Assembly (NCBI GenBank): GCA_035631035.1
Contig: DASQJL010000076.1
Span: 13,482 to 77,481, forward strand
Reading direction: 5' to 3'
DNA: 64,000 nt
From: Candidatus Binatia bacterium
Lineage (GTDB): Bacteria; Eisenbacteria; RBG-16-71-46; SZUA-252
Shown: positions 1 through 8,358 of the stretch, one piece after another
Position numbering within the stretch: position 1 is the first letter of the stretch
How the letters are laid out: each line of letters opens with the position of its first letter
Position numbers and translations under genes: made by a program
Notes under the pieces: model-generated
What the model saw: the letters and a program-made list of their open reading frames with translations, nothing else
Databases searched by the model: none
What the model was told of the DNA's origin: nothing

Positions 1-2
1 CC

Positions 3-191
3 TACCTCGACGGAATCCTGAGCATCGTGCTGCTGCTCCTCGTCGCAACCGTGCTGCTCGACTCCGTGCGGCGGTGGATGCGGATCCTGGCCCTGAAGCG
101 CGCGGGGCTCTCGGAAATCCCGCTCGCCGTGGAGCCCGCTCCAGAGCCGGCGCCGACAGGGATCGGCGCGGCGCCCGAGCCCTCACTGTAG
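3..191 (+). CDS. 3' end of a gene entering from upstream of the window; hydrophobic C-terminal segment of a membrane protein (…YLDGILSIVLLLLVATVLLDSVRRWMRILALKRAGLSEIPLAVEP…), stop TAG 189-191
   Basis: Frame-3 translation is open from the window edge and contains a TM-like hydrophobic stretch. No start codon in the window, so it is absent from the ORF track. Confidence 0.3.
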   Translation, partial: YLDGILSIVLLLLVATVLLDSVRRWMRILALKRAGLSEIPLAVEPAPEPAPTGIGAAPEPSL

Positions 192-282
192 ATCCTCGCT
201 TCGCCACGGTCTCCCCCAAAACGAATCGGCCCGAGCCGCCGGAGCGGATCGGGCCGTGGGGATCGCTAGCGAGAAGGGCGCG

Positions 283-816
283 TCAGGGAAGCTGGGAGTC
301 CTTGAAGTTCGCCACCTGGACCGGGACGCTGGCCAGCGCCTCGACCTTGTCGCCGTTGTTCGAGCCGTTGGCCATCACGAACCCGTAGACCTTGATGCGC
401 GCCGTCGTGGCGGTCGCGACATTCGTCGGCACGGAGGCCTTGGCGCCCAGATCGCTCAGCGCGATCGAGCCGTCGGCGGTGCCGCCCGAGGGAACGCGAA
501 GGGTGAGGCCGCCCGAGTAGGGAGGATAGATGCCGTTGTCGTAGGTGACCGAATACCCGGTCACGACGATCTCGGAGTACGGGCTTCCCGGAGCGAGCGG
601 CGCCGAGCCGTCGGCCGGGACGTTGCCGAGCGTGATCTTCGCTTCGTCCGCCACGACCGTGCCGGAATCCGAAACCAGGTCGCTGTAGAAGACGTTGCCG
701 TCGTTCACCGAGACCACCGTGAGGAAGGAGCGGGTGGACGTGTCGGTGCATCCTCCGATCGCGAGCAGCGCGATCCCTGCGAGCGCCGCGAGCGCGAGCA
801 ACCTGAGCGTCTTCAT
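283..816 (-). CDS. secreted lipoprotein, unknown function (177 aa)
   Basis: N-terminus MKTLRLLALAALAGIALLAIGGC has a signal peptide and lipobox (IGG-C). AAGGAGA RBS lies 7 nt upstream of the ATG. Gly/Ser/Thr-rich beta-type composition. Confidence 0.6.
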   Translation of the reverse strand: MKTLRLLALAALAGIALLAIGGCTDTSTRSFLTVVSVNDGNVFYSDLVSDSGTVVADEAKITLGNVPADGSAPLAPGSPYSEIVVTGYSVTYDNGIYPPYSGGLTLRVPSGGTADGSIALSDLGAKASVPTNVATATTARIKVYGFVMANGSNNGDKVEALASVPVQVANFKDSQLP

Positions 817-998
817 ATCGGTCTCCTTGGCCTACGCGATCCCCATCGCGCATGAAGCGGGTAGGAACGGCATACGAAACCCCGCAGCCGGAAACGCAAA
901 GGGCATGCCACATGTAGGCCCGAAGGGCCGGGCTGTAAGTAACACCGTTTACAGAGGCTTATCGGCGGTGGCTCAACTTTGTCCCATGGCAGCGAAAC

Positions 999-1026
999 GG
1001 GCGCCGTGCATAACGCATCGGCGCCC
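999..1026 (-). terminator. candidate intrinsic terminator of the SOD gene: stem GGGCGCCG/CGGCGCCC, 12-nt loop, followed by GUUUCG on the - strand transcript
   Basis: Perfect 8-bp GC stem 27 nt downstream of the SOD stop in an intergenic region. Confidence 0.35.
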
Positions 1027-1052
1027 GCCGGACTGCAACGCGATGAAGCCGG

Positions 1053-1664
1053 TTACTTCTTGGCCATCGCCATGCTCGCCGCGTTCGTGAAACGGCGGTT
1101 CACCTCGTCCCAGTTGATGTTCCGCATGAACGCCTCGACGTAGGCCTTCCGGTCCGAGCCGTAGTCGATGAAGTAGGAGTGCTCGTACGTGTCGCAATTG
1201 AGCACCGGAATCGTGCCCCAGACGCCGCCCTGGTTCTGGGCGTCGCCGATGAAGTTGTGGAGCATGCGGTCGGTGGGGTCGTAGGCGAGAACGACCCAGC
1301 CGCGCGCGCACATCGCGGAAGCCTTGAAGTCCTCCTCCCACGCGGCGAACGTTCCGAAGTCCTCCTTGATCTTGTCGACGACCTCGCCCTTGGGCTGTCC
1401 GTCGCCGCCCATGATCGAGAAGTAGATCTCGTGGAGGATCTGGCCGTTGGCGGCAAACGTCTCCTCGGCCTTCAGCCCCCGCATCTCGCTGTAGATCTGA
1501 TTGGCCTTGCTGCGGTCGACCTTCTGCAATGCCTCTTCGATCTCGTTCCGCTTGTTCACGTAGCCCGCGTACAGCTTGTCGTGGTGGATCTCCATCGTCT
1601 TCGACCCGATCCCCTTCAACGCGTCGTTCGCGTAGGGGAGGGGTTGAACGGGGTGCTTGGCCAT
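1053..1664 (-). CDS. sod: Fe/Mn-family superoxide dismutase (203 aa)
   Basis: MEIHHDKLYAGYVNKRNE and the WEHAYY-like region (DTYEHSYFIDYGSDRKAYVEAF) match the SodA/SodB family over the full length. AAGGAG RBS. Confidence 0.85.
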   Translation of the reverse strand: MAKHPVQPLPYANDALKGIGSKTMEIHHDKLYAGYVNKRNEIEEALQKVDRSKANQIYSEMRGLKAEETFAANGQILHEIYFSIMGGDGQPKGEVVDKIKEDFGTFAAWEEDFKASAMCARGWVVLAYDPTDRMLHNFIGDAQNQGGVWGTIPVLNCDTYEHSYFIDYGSDRKAYVEAFMRNINWDEVNRRFTNAASMAMAKK

Positions 1665-1802
1665 GAGGGCGTCTCCTTATGTCCCGCCGCGAGGCGGCGG
1701 AATGGGGTCCTTGGAGAATGAGGCAGCCACTATATCAGATGCGCCGCGACGGGGTTGGGAGCGCGTCCCGAGGGCCGCGGGCGCCGCGGAAGCCCGCCGG
1801 GT

Positions 1803-4499
1803 TCAGTTCTCCTGGCCGGGAAGCCGCCGTCGGATCGATTCGACGCGGTAAAGGCGCGGTCCCTTCTCTTCCAGCGCCAGCTCCACCTCGGCGCCCACTT
1901 CCTTGCCGAGCAGGTTCCGCGCGAGGGGCGCCCGGTAGGAGAGCACCCCGGGGGCGATGTTCCCGTCCCCCTCGCCCAAAATCCAGAAGGTGACCGGGGG
2001 ATCGTTGTTGCCCTCGGGGCGCAGCGTCGCCTCGGTGCCGACGCCGACGCGCGAGGAGTCGACTTCGAGGTTCTCGATCAGGCGCGCGCGCTGGATCATC
2101 CCCATCACTTCCTGAAGCCGGGCCGCGGCATTCGCCTGCCGCTGCTTGGCCGCCTCGTACTCGGCGTTTTCGCGCAGGTCGCCCAGCGCGCGCGCCTTTT
2201 CGATGGCGGCGGGGATCGAGGTCTTGAGGTCGCGCGCGATCTTCGCCATCTCCACGTTGAGCCGGTCGTAGGTGGCGCGCGTCATGAGGGTGAACTGCGT
2301 GTCCACGTCCTCGGTGCTGCGCCCCTCGAGCAGATCCTGCGCCCTCGCCTTGCGGCGGCGCTCGTATTCGTCGCCCAGGTCCCCCAGGCCGACTTCCTGG
2401 AGGAACTCGAGGATCGGGACGAGGCGCCGCTCGCTGCCGTTCCAGTGGAGCACCGTGCGCTCCAGCGCTTCCGCGGTCTCCGTTTCGGGGGGCGTGGCGC
2501 GGAAGCGCCGATGGAGCAGCCCGCCGTCGGCGACCAGCCCGTAGAGGCGCTCCGGCACGCCCTCGGGGAGGTCCCCTTCGAGAAGGCGGACCGTGGCGAC
2601 GAGGAGCGCGTCCATCGTCGGGGCCCCCGCGTCGTCGGGGTGGGCCGCGAAGTGCTCGACGAGCCGCGCCGAGAGCGCCGGGTGCTCCGACGCGCGCGTC
2701 ATGCGCTGCTCGATCGCGCGCGCGTAGCGCTCGGGCCCGAGCAGCTCGCGGAGCCGCTCCCGGCCCTCCTCGCGGAGCCGGGGAAGCCGGCTCTCGACGG
2801 CGAACCAGAGGAACTCCTCCTCGCCCGCGACGCCGCGCGAGAGCCCGAGGAGCTGCTCCTGGTTCAAGCCGAGCGCCAGGTCGTCGGGCCGGAGTCCGGC
2901 CGCGATGAGGTCGGCGAGGATGACCTGCGCGGTCTCCTTCGGCACCGAATGCCAGGAGAGCGCGTAGCAGAGCGCCTGCGCGCGCATCGTCCCCTCGAGC
3001 CGCTCGTCCTGGGACCAGCGCGCGACGAGCGGGCCCGCGTGCGCGCTCAGGCGCGGCTCGTCCTCGGGGTGCTCGCGGAGGAACTTGCGGATCAGCTGAA
3101 GTCCCGCGCCGGGCGCCTTCGGCGCGATCGTGGGCAGCGTGGCCGCGGCCGCCTCGCTCCCCTCGGGCGCAAGCCGGAACTGCCCGCGGTACGCCTCGCT
3201 CGTGTCGAGGCGCGCGTCGGTCTTCCAGCGCTCCTTGACCCGCTTCCAGAAGAGGGTCGCGTCGAAGCCGGGGAGCGCCGCTTCCAGGCGCGGCTTCATC
3301 TGCGCCTGCGTCGCGGCTCCGCCCATGTCGCGGAGCACCCGCGCGATCACCTCGGGGTCTCCCTCCGCCGCGAGCGCGCGGGCGCGCTCCGGCTGCTCGA
3401 TCGCGAGGACGCGAAGGCCGTCGCTCGGGAGCCGGTCCAGGGAACGGGACGCCATGGCGAAGGACATCTTGTGTCCGGAGCGGCCGGTGAAGTCCAGGGT
3501 CAGCGAATCGCCGTCGCTCGCGAGGACGCGACCGATCCCCCAGGTCTGGTGCGTGACGTAGGCGCCGGGCGGCAGGGCCAGGATCTTCGGCACCCGCGCG
3601 GCGATCGCGTCGTACGACTCGCTCGGATCGAGGATCCCCGAGCCCTGGATGATCGCTTCGGGATCGGGCTCCTTGCCCACGACGATCCGGAAGAGCCTGG
3701 CGAACATGGCGCGCCCGGCGGTGCCGCCCGGCAGGCGCGGGAGGATCGGAGCGACGTCGTCCCAGTCGAAGCGCCCGCTGGCGCGCTCCTCGAGCGGCGG
3801 AATCGCGAGATCGAGGATCGATTCCGAGTCGCTCCAGGGGGCCAGGGCCGCGTAGCGAAGGAGGATCTTCCCGATGCGGACTGGCGCGGTTTCGAGATCC
3901 TCGTCCACCGCGCGGAAGAGCGCCTCGCTCAACCCTTCGTGGACTCCGTCGTCCAGCGAGAGCTCGACGGCCCGGAGCCGGTGCTCGCGCGCGGCTTCGC
4001 GCGCATCGGGATCGGCGGAGCGCTCGAGCAACGCGGCGAGATCGGCGTGCAGCTCGGGATCGGCGTGGCGGATCCCGATCGCGGTGCGTAGCCAGTCGGC
4101 GCGCTCCTCTTCGGATGCCGCGGGATTCTGCGAGAGGAAGTGGAGGAAGCGCACCGCGGCGGGGGTCGGCTCCGGCTCGAGAAAGCGGGGAAGGAGCGCC
4201 AGCACGCCGTCCCGGTCGCCGGCCGCGAGCAGCTTGTCCGAGACGACCTCGAGGGCGTCGAGCGCGCGCGCCCGCTCGCCCAGTCCCTGCTGGAGCAGGG
4301 CGGCCAGGAGCAGGAGATCCCAGCGCTTCTTTCGCGCCGGCTCCTGCTCGAGCGCCTTGAGCGCGGCCTCGGCCGCGCTTCGCTCGATCAGGCGGTGCGC
4401 GAGAAGCTCGGTGTCCGCCCAGCGCGGATCGCCGTGGCGAAGCGGCGGCTCCTCGCCGGTGGCGCTCTTCAGATAGGCTCGCAGCTCTGCGTCGATCAT
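1803..4499 (-). CDS. large GreA/GreB-domain fusion protein (898 aa from ATG 4499; the ORF opens at TTG 4535)
   Basis: The C-terminal ~155 aa are a complete GreA-like module: coiled coil …GDLRENAEYEAAKQRQANAAARLQEV… plus an FKBP-like domain …VGVGTEATLRPEGNNDPPVTFWILGEGDGNIAPGVLSYRAPLARNLLGKEVGAEVEL…. The preceding ~740 aa are helical and contain a Tudor/CarD-like stretch YVTHQTWGIGRVLASDGDSLTLDF. GAGGAT RBS precedes ATG 4499. Confidence 0.7.
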   Translation of the reverse strand: MIDAELRAYLKSATGEEPPLRHGDPRWADTELLAHRLIERSAAEAALKALEQEPARKKRWDLLLLAALLQQGLGERARALDALEVVSDKLLAAGDRDGVLALLPRFLEPEPTPAAVRFLHFLSQNPAASEEERADWLRTAIGIRHADPELHADLAALLERSADPDAREAAREHRLRAVELSLDDGVHEGLSEALFRAVDEDLETAPVRIGKILLRYAALAPWSDSESILDLAIPPLEERASGRFDWDDVAPILPRLPGGTAGRAMFARLFRIVVGKEPDPEAIIQGSGILDPSESYDAIAARVPKILALPPGAYVTHQTWGIGRVLASDGDSLTLDFTGRSGHKMSFAMASRSLDRLPSDGLRVLAIEQPERARALAAEGDPEVIARVLRDMGGAATQAQMKPRLEAALPGFDATLFWKRVKERWKTDARLDTSEAYRGQFRLAPEGSEAAAATLPTIAPKAPGAGLQLIRKFLREHPEDEPRLSAHAGPLVARWSQDERLEGTMRAQALCYALSWHSVPKETAQVILADLIAAGLRPDDLALGLNQEQLLGLSRGVAGEEEFLWFAVESRLPRLREEGRERLRELLGPERYARAIEQRMTRASEHPALSARLVEHFAAHPDDAGAPTMDALLVATVRLLEGDLPEGVPERLYGLVADGGLLHRRFRATPPETETAEALERTVLHWNGSERRLVPILEFLQEVGLGDLGDEYERRRKARAQDLLEGRSTEDVDTQFTLMTRATYDRLNVEMAKIARDLKTSIPAAIEKARALGDLRENAEYEAAKQRQANAAARLQEVMGMIQRARLIENLEVDSSRVGVGTEATLRPEGNNDPPVTFWILGEGDGNIAPGVLSYRAPLARNLLGKEVGAEVELALEEKGPRLYRVESIRRRLPGQEN

Positions 4500-4602
4500 C
4501 GTTGGGATCCTCGAGAATCCGCTAGGATAGCGCAAGGAGGCTCCCCTCGGATAGACTCTCCGGCTTCACGCGACGCGCTTCGAGCGAAGGGACCGAACGG
4601 TC

Positions 4603-4677
4603 GCAGCGTCGGGGCGCACGAAGGGGGCAGCGTCGGGGCGCACGAAGGGTCGCCGCGTCGGAGCGCACGAAGGGGGG
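4603..4677. repeat. three tandem copies of a ~24-bp unit GCAGCGTCGGGGCGCACGAAGGG in the divergent promoter region between the GreA-fusion gene and the EamA gene
   Basis: Copies at 4603-4625, 4627-4649 and 4650-4677, the third slightly degenerate. Confidence 0.8.
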
Positions 4678-4745
4678 ACCGGATCCCGAAGCGGACACGA
4701 CTCATCCTGGCCCTGAGCGCGAACCAGCTTCTTGCGAGCGGCACC

Positions 4746-5594
4746 CACGTGATCGCGAAAGGCGCGCTGCTCCGGCTGAACCCGCTCGCGCTGGCGCTGC
4801 TCCGCTTCGTTTCGGCTTCCCTCGTGCTCTTCGCCTATCTCCGGTTCCGCACCGGGCTCGCCCGCGTGGAGCGGCGCGACTGGCCGGCGTTCCTCCTGCT
4901 CGGCTTCCTCGTCATTCCGGGGAACCAGGGGTTCTTCCTGTTCGGATTGGCCCGCTCGACGGCGAGTCATGCGGCGCTGCTCTACGCCTTGACGCCCCTG
5001 ATCGTGCTGCTGTTCGCCAGGCGCCTGCTGCGCGAAGAAGGGTTCGTGTCCAAGCTCCTGGGCATCGTCGCCGCGTTCACCGGCGTTGCGGTCATCCTCC
5101 TCGAGCGCGGGCTGCGGCACGAAGTGGGACTGTTGAGCGGCGATCTCCTCATCCTGGTCGCGGTCTTCGCGTGGGCCGCCTACACCGTTCTCTCGAAGCG
5201 GCTGCTCGCGCGCTACGACCCGATGACGGTGACCGGGTGGTCGATCATCTCGGGAACGCTGATGTGCCTGCCGGCGCTGTTCGTGCCCGGGGCCATTCCG
5301 CGCCTGGAGTCGATCCCGATCGGCGTGTGGGGCGCCATCGCCTACCTCGCCGTCGGCACCTCGGTCATCGCCTACCCGCTCTGGTCCTACGCGCTGCGCC
5401 ACATGGACGCCTCGAAGGTCGCGATCACGTCCAACACGCAGCCGATCCTGACCGCGGCGCTATCCTGGCTGCTCTTCCGGGAGCGGTTCACGCCCGGGTT
5501 CTTCGTCGGGGCCGCGCTGATCCTGGCCGGCGTCACGTGGGTGGAGACGCGCCGGCCGGGCATGGCGCGGGTCGTGCCGGTGGAGGCGGGGTGA
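4746..5594 (+). CDS. EamA/DMT-family (drug/metabolite exporter) 10-TMS membrane transporter; start codon uncertain
   Basis: Two EamA-type repeats (…NPLALALLRFVSASLVLF…, …YLAVGTSVIAYPLWSYALRHMDASKV…). TM1 seems to begin at LILALSAN (4701) but no ATG/GTG/TTG lies in frame upstream of it. GTG 4746 is the first canonical start. Confidence 0.55.
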   Translation, partial: HVIAKGALLRLNPLALALLRFVSASLVLFAYLRFRTGLARVERRDWPAFLLLGFLVIPGNQGFFLFGLARSTASHAALLYALTPLIVLLFARRLLREEGFVSKLLGIVAAFTGVAVILLERGLRHEVGLLSGDLLILVAVFAWAAYTVLSKRLLARYDPMTVTGWSIISGTLMCLPALFVPGAIPRLESIPIGVWGAIAYLAVGTSVIAYPLWSYALRHMDASKVAITSNTQPILTAALSWLLFRERFTPGFFVGAALILAGVTWVETRRPGMARVVPVEAG

Positions 5595-5595
5595 T

Positions 5596-7026
5596 GTGGG
5601 CGAAGACCGGCCGGGCGGGCCGCTCGTGACGCGCCGGCCGCCGCTCCGGGGCGACGAGCTTCCGGAGATTCGGGTCCCGCCGCCGGGGCCGAAGTCGCGC
5701 GCCTCCTCGCGAAGACTGCGGCGCGCCGAGGGCGCCGCGATCTGGGGCGCCGACCCATCGCCCATCGTCTGGTCCCGCGCGCGAGGCTCGGTCGTCGAGG
5801 ACCTGGACGGCAACCGCTACGTCGACCTGACGAGCGGCTTCGGCGCCGCGACGCTGGGTCATGCCTCGCCGGAAGTGGCGCGCGCGGTCGCCGCGCAGGC
5901 CCGGCGCCTGTCGCAGGGGCTGGGCGACCTCCATCCGCACGTGGCGCGCGAGAAGCTCGTGCGCAAGCTCTCGGCGTTGGGCGGAGCGTTGAGCCGCGTG
6001 CTCGTGACCGGCACCGGATCGGAAGCGGTGGAGCTGGCGCTGAAAACCGCTGCGCTCGCGACCGGGCGCCGGCGCGTCGTCGCGTTCGAGGGCGGCTACC
6101 ACGGTCAATCGGGCGCCGCGCTCGAGGTCACGCACTTTCCTCGGTCTCCGGAATTGCTGCAGCCGGCGGGTCCGCCCCGCGCGATTCCCATTCCGTTTCC
6201 CGATCCGCGACACTGCGGGGCGCGCACGCCGTGCGAGGCGTGCGACCTTTCCTGTCTCGATCGCGGATGGGAGCGCTCGGTAACGCCCGAGCTTCGAGGG
6301 AGCGATCCTCCCGGCGCGGTGATCGTCGAGCCGGTCCAGGGACGGGCGGGCGTGATCGTCCCGCCGCCGGAGTTTCTCGCGCGTCTGTCGGCCCTGGCCC
6401 GCGAGGCCGGAATGCTCGTGATCTACGACGAGATCCTGACCGGCGCCGGCCGCACCGGCCCCTTCTGGGCCTGGAAGCGGAGCGGCGCGGCGGCGGAGCC
6501 CGACCTGATGACGGCAGGGAAGGGGATCGGCGGCGGCGTGGCGATCGGCGCGCTCTTCGGCAAGTCCCAGGTCATGGAGGTATGGTCGCGTCACGTCTCC
6601 TCGTCGGGCGAGTCACCGTACGCGAGCACGTTTTACGCGCACCCCCTGGCATGCGCGGGTGCGCTGGCCGCGCTGGAGCGGCTGACGTCGGAGGAGATCG
6701 CGTCGTCTCGGGAGGCGATCGCAGGGATGCTTCTCGATGCGCGACCACCCCTCGGTTTCACGATCCGGGCTCTGGGCGCCATGGCCGCGATCGAGCCGGA
6801 AGACACAAGGCGCTCGACCACTCCTTCCGCGGAGGGCGGTCGGCGCCTCGCCGCGCCACTCGACCCAGATCGGACCGAGAGAAGCCTATACCTGCCCCTG
6901 CTGCACCGCGGAGTCATCGCCATCCCCGGAGGCATCAGCTCCGCGGCCGTCAGCATGTACCCCGCCTTCACGATCACCCCCCAACAGCTCGCGCACGCCA
7001 TGGATGTCGTGTCTTCGCTTTCCTAG
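5596..7026 (+). CDS. class III pyridoxal-phosphate aminotransferase (GABA/ornithine/acetylornithine aminotransferase family), 476 aa, GTG start
   Basis: Motifs DLTSGFGAATLGH, DEILTGAGRTG and TAGKGIGGG (PLP-lysine region). Confidence 0.8.
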   Translation: MGEDRPGGPLVTRRPPLRGDELPEIRVPPPGPKSRASSRRLRRAEGAAIWGADPSPIVWSRARGSVVEDLDGNRYVDLTSGFGAATLGHASPEVARAVAAQARRLSQGLGDLHPHVAREKLVRKLSALGGALSRVLVTGTGSEAVELALKTAALATGRRRVVAFEGGYHGQSGAALEVTHFPRSPELLQPAGPPRAIPIPFPDPRHCGARTPCEACDLSCLDRGWERSVTPELRGSDPPGAVIVEPVQGRAGVIVPPPEFLARLSALAREAGMLVIYDEILTGAGRTGPFWAWKRSGAAAEPDLMTAGKGIGGGVAIGALFGKSQVMEVWSRHVSSSGESPYASTFYAHPLACAGALAALERLTSEEIASSREAIAGMLLDARPPLGFTIRALGAMAAIEPEDTRRSTTPSAEGGRRLAAPLDPDRTERSLYLPLLHRGVIAIPGGISSAAVSMYPAFTITPQQLAHAMDVVSSLS

Positions 7027-7070
7027 GAGACGCGTCATTACCCCGTGTTGGGTGCCGCTTTCCTCCCCCT

Positions 7071-7205
7071 GAACGCGCGCCCGCAACGGCCGAGTTTCTG
7101 CGCGTCCGCCAGCTAGGTTCATTGGAAAAGCGCGCCCGCCGCGCCGAGCTTCAAGTGAACGCGCTTCCGCCCAGCTAGGTTCAGCTGAACGCGCGCCCGC
7201 TCCGA
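7071..7205. repeat. imperfect direct repeats in a convergent intergenic region: GAACGCGCGCCCGC (7071-7084 and 7187-7200; partial copy at 7157) and CCAGCTAGGTTCA (7109-7121 and 7171-7183)
   Basis: Two ~38-bp units, ccgcCAGCTAGGTTCA…GCGCGCCCGC, spaced ~62 bp apart. Confidence 0.6.
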
Positions 7206-7212
7206 TCTGGCT

Positions 7213-8187
7213 CTATTTGGAGATCCTCCCGAACTTCCGCTTCTCCAGCTTCTCGATGAGCGCGTCGAGGGCCCGGTCGAGCACCTGCGCCACGTCCCGC
7301 GGCGACACAGCGTGACTGAGTAGCGCCTGAGCGAGTCGCAGCTTGTCGTGCGTGCCCTTGGAGACCGTTACTTGAACGAGGAAGGAAGGGGGCCGAGCCG
7401 GAGTTGGGGCGTTGTTCCCGGGGGTCCGTTCGACAGCAGCCTCCGGCGATAGATCGTCAGCTCCGGCACTCTCGGGCGATGGATCTTCCGCTCCGGCACT
7501 CTCGGGCGATGGACGGTCAGTGCCGTCCGCCGTTGACGCCTGATTGCGCGAGCCACTGTGCATCGCGGGGCCCGCGGCGTCGACGTCCGAACCCTGTCCG
7601 TCCACGACGACAGTTGTCTCCGATTTCACCGCCGCTAGCGGCGGTAAAAACTTGGGCGGAGCTTCGGGAGTGGGCTCGCCCGCCGGTGAATCGAACATGT
7701 CATGGCGCCGATCGAGCGCAACCGTCTTCGGAAGGGGAAGGGCGACAGGTCGGATGGACGCGAGTGGTGGAACGCTCGAGGCCTGGGGGAAGCGCGAGGC
7801 GAGCCACTCTTGAACTTCGGCCCTGCTCCGGCCTCCGACCGCACGGAGCAGCTCGTTGATATTCCCGGGCGTGAGATGGGGAGCGATCAGGCAAACGGCC
7901 GTGAGATGGATCCTGCCCTCCGCCACCGCCTGGAACAGAACCGGAAAACGCCGCGCCGCCCGCGCCGCTTGGATGCGTCTCCAGGCGGGACCCTCCGCAA
8001 AGCGCAACTCACGGAGGCAGTAGGTGAACATGGAGGAGAACCCTGCCGGAGCGTACAGCCTGCGTGCGTCGAACTCACCAAGGTAAGCCAGGAGAGCCGC
8101 GGTCAGCTGGCCATTGCGGGCGAGAATGATTCGCAGGTTCCGAAGCAGCACGGCGTCGCTGAGATGCGTCAACGAATAGGAATTCAT
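7213..8187 (-). CDS. hypothetical protein with a DUF222-like N-terminal domain (the domain that normally precedes HNH nucleases in 13E12-type proteins); no HNH motif; Pro/Ser/Glu decapeptide repeats in the C-terminal half
   Basis: …FDARRLYAPAGFSSMFTYCLRELRFAEGPAWRRIQAARAARRFPVLFQAVAEGRIHLTAVCLIAPHL… matches the DUF222 pattern. C-terminus has SPESAGAEDP/SPESAGADDL repeats. Confidence 0.45.
   Translation of the reverse strand: MNSYSLTHLSDAVLLRNLRIILARNGQLTAALLAYLGEFDARRLYAPAGFSSMFTYCLRELRFAEGPAWRRIQAARAARRFPVLFQAVAEGRIHLTAVCLIAPHLTPGNINELLRAVGGRSRAEVQEWLASRFPQASSVPPLASIRPVALPLPKTVALDRRHDMFDSPAGEPTPEAPPKFLPPLAAVKSETTVVVDGQGSDVDAAGPAMHSGSRNQASTADGTDRPSPESAGAEDPSPESAGADDLSPEAAVERTPGNNAPTPARPPSFLVQVTVSKGTHDKLRLAQALLSHAVSPRDVAQVLDRALDALIEKLEKRKFGRISK
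7431..7520. repeat. in-frame tandem 30-bp DNA repeat (~2.5 copies; unit CTCCGGCACTCTCGGGCGATGGA…) inside the DUF222-like gene
   Basis: Copies at 7461-7490 and 7491-7520, plus a degenerate copy at 7431-7460. Confidence 0.7.
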
Positions 8188-8358
8188 GCAAACACCTGTT
8201 TGCGGGGAGGTCAGGCTCTCTCGGTGTCGTGCCGTTGGGGGGGCTTCGCTTAGGCAAGGCGACGCAGGGGACCGACGGATGAAGTAACAAGTTTCGGTCC
8301 AGGATCCGAAGGCGTGGCGGGGAGGTGCGGAGGGGCAGCGCGGATCCGCTACCGACAG

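Noticed and set aside
227-256. Hairpin CGGCCCGA…TCGGGCCG between the convergent partial gene and the lipoprotein gene as a terminator
   Set aside because: 14-nt loop and no U-tract; too weak to call.
1755-4091. 778-aa + strand ORF antisense to the GreA-fusion gene
   Set aside because: Arg/Gly/Ala-rich low-complexity translation typical of antisense GC-rich DNA; the - strand ORF has clear GreA homology.
4140-4745. N-terminal 200 codons of the 484-aa EamA ORF
   Set aside because: Run across the tandem repeats and the GreA-fusion start region with no membrane-protein character. The gene probably begins near 4700-4746.
7213-8187. DUF222-like gene as a transposase or IS element
   Set aside because: No DDE/HNH catalytic motifs and no terminal inverted repeats found. 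Described only as a possible decayed mobile-element remnant.
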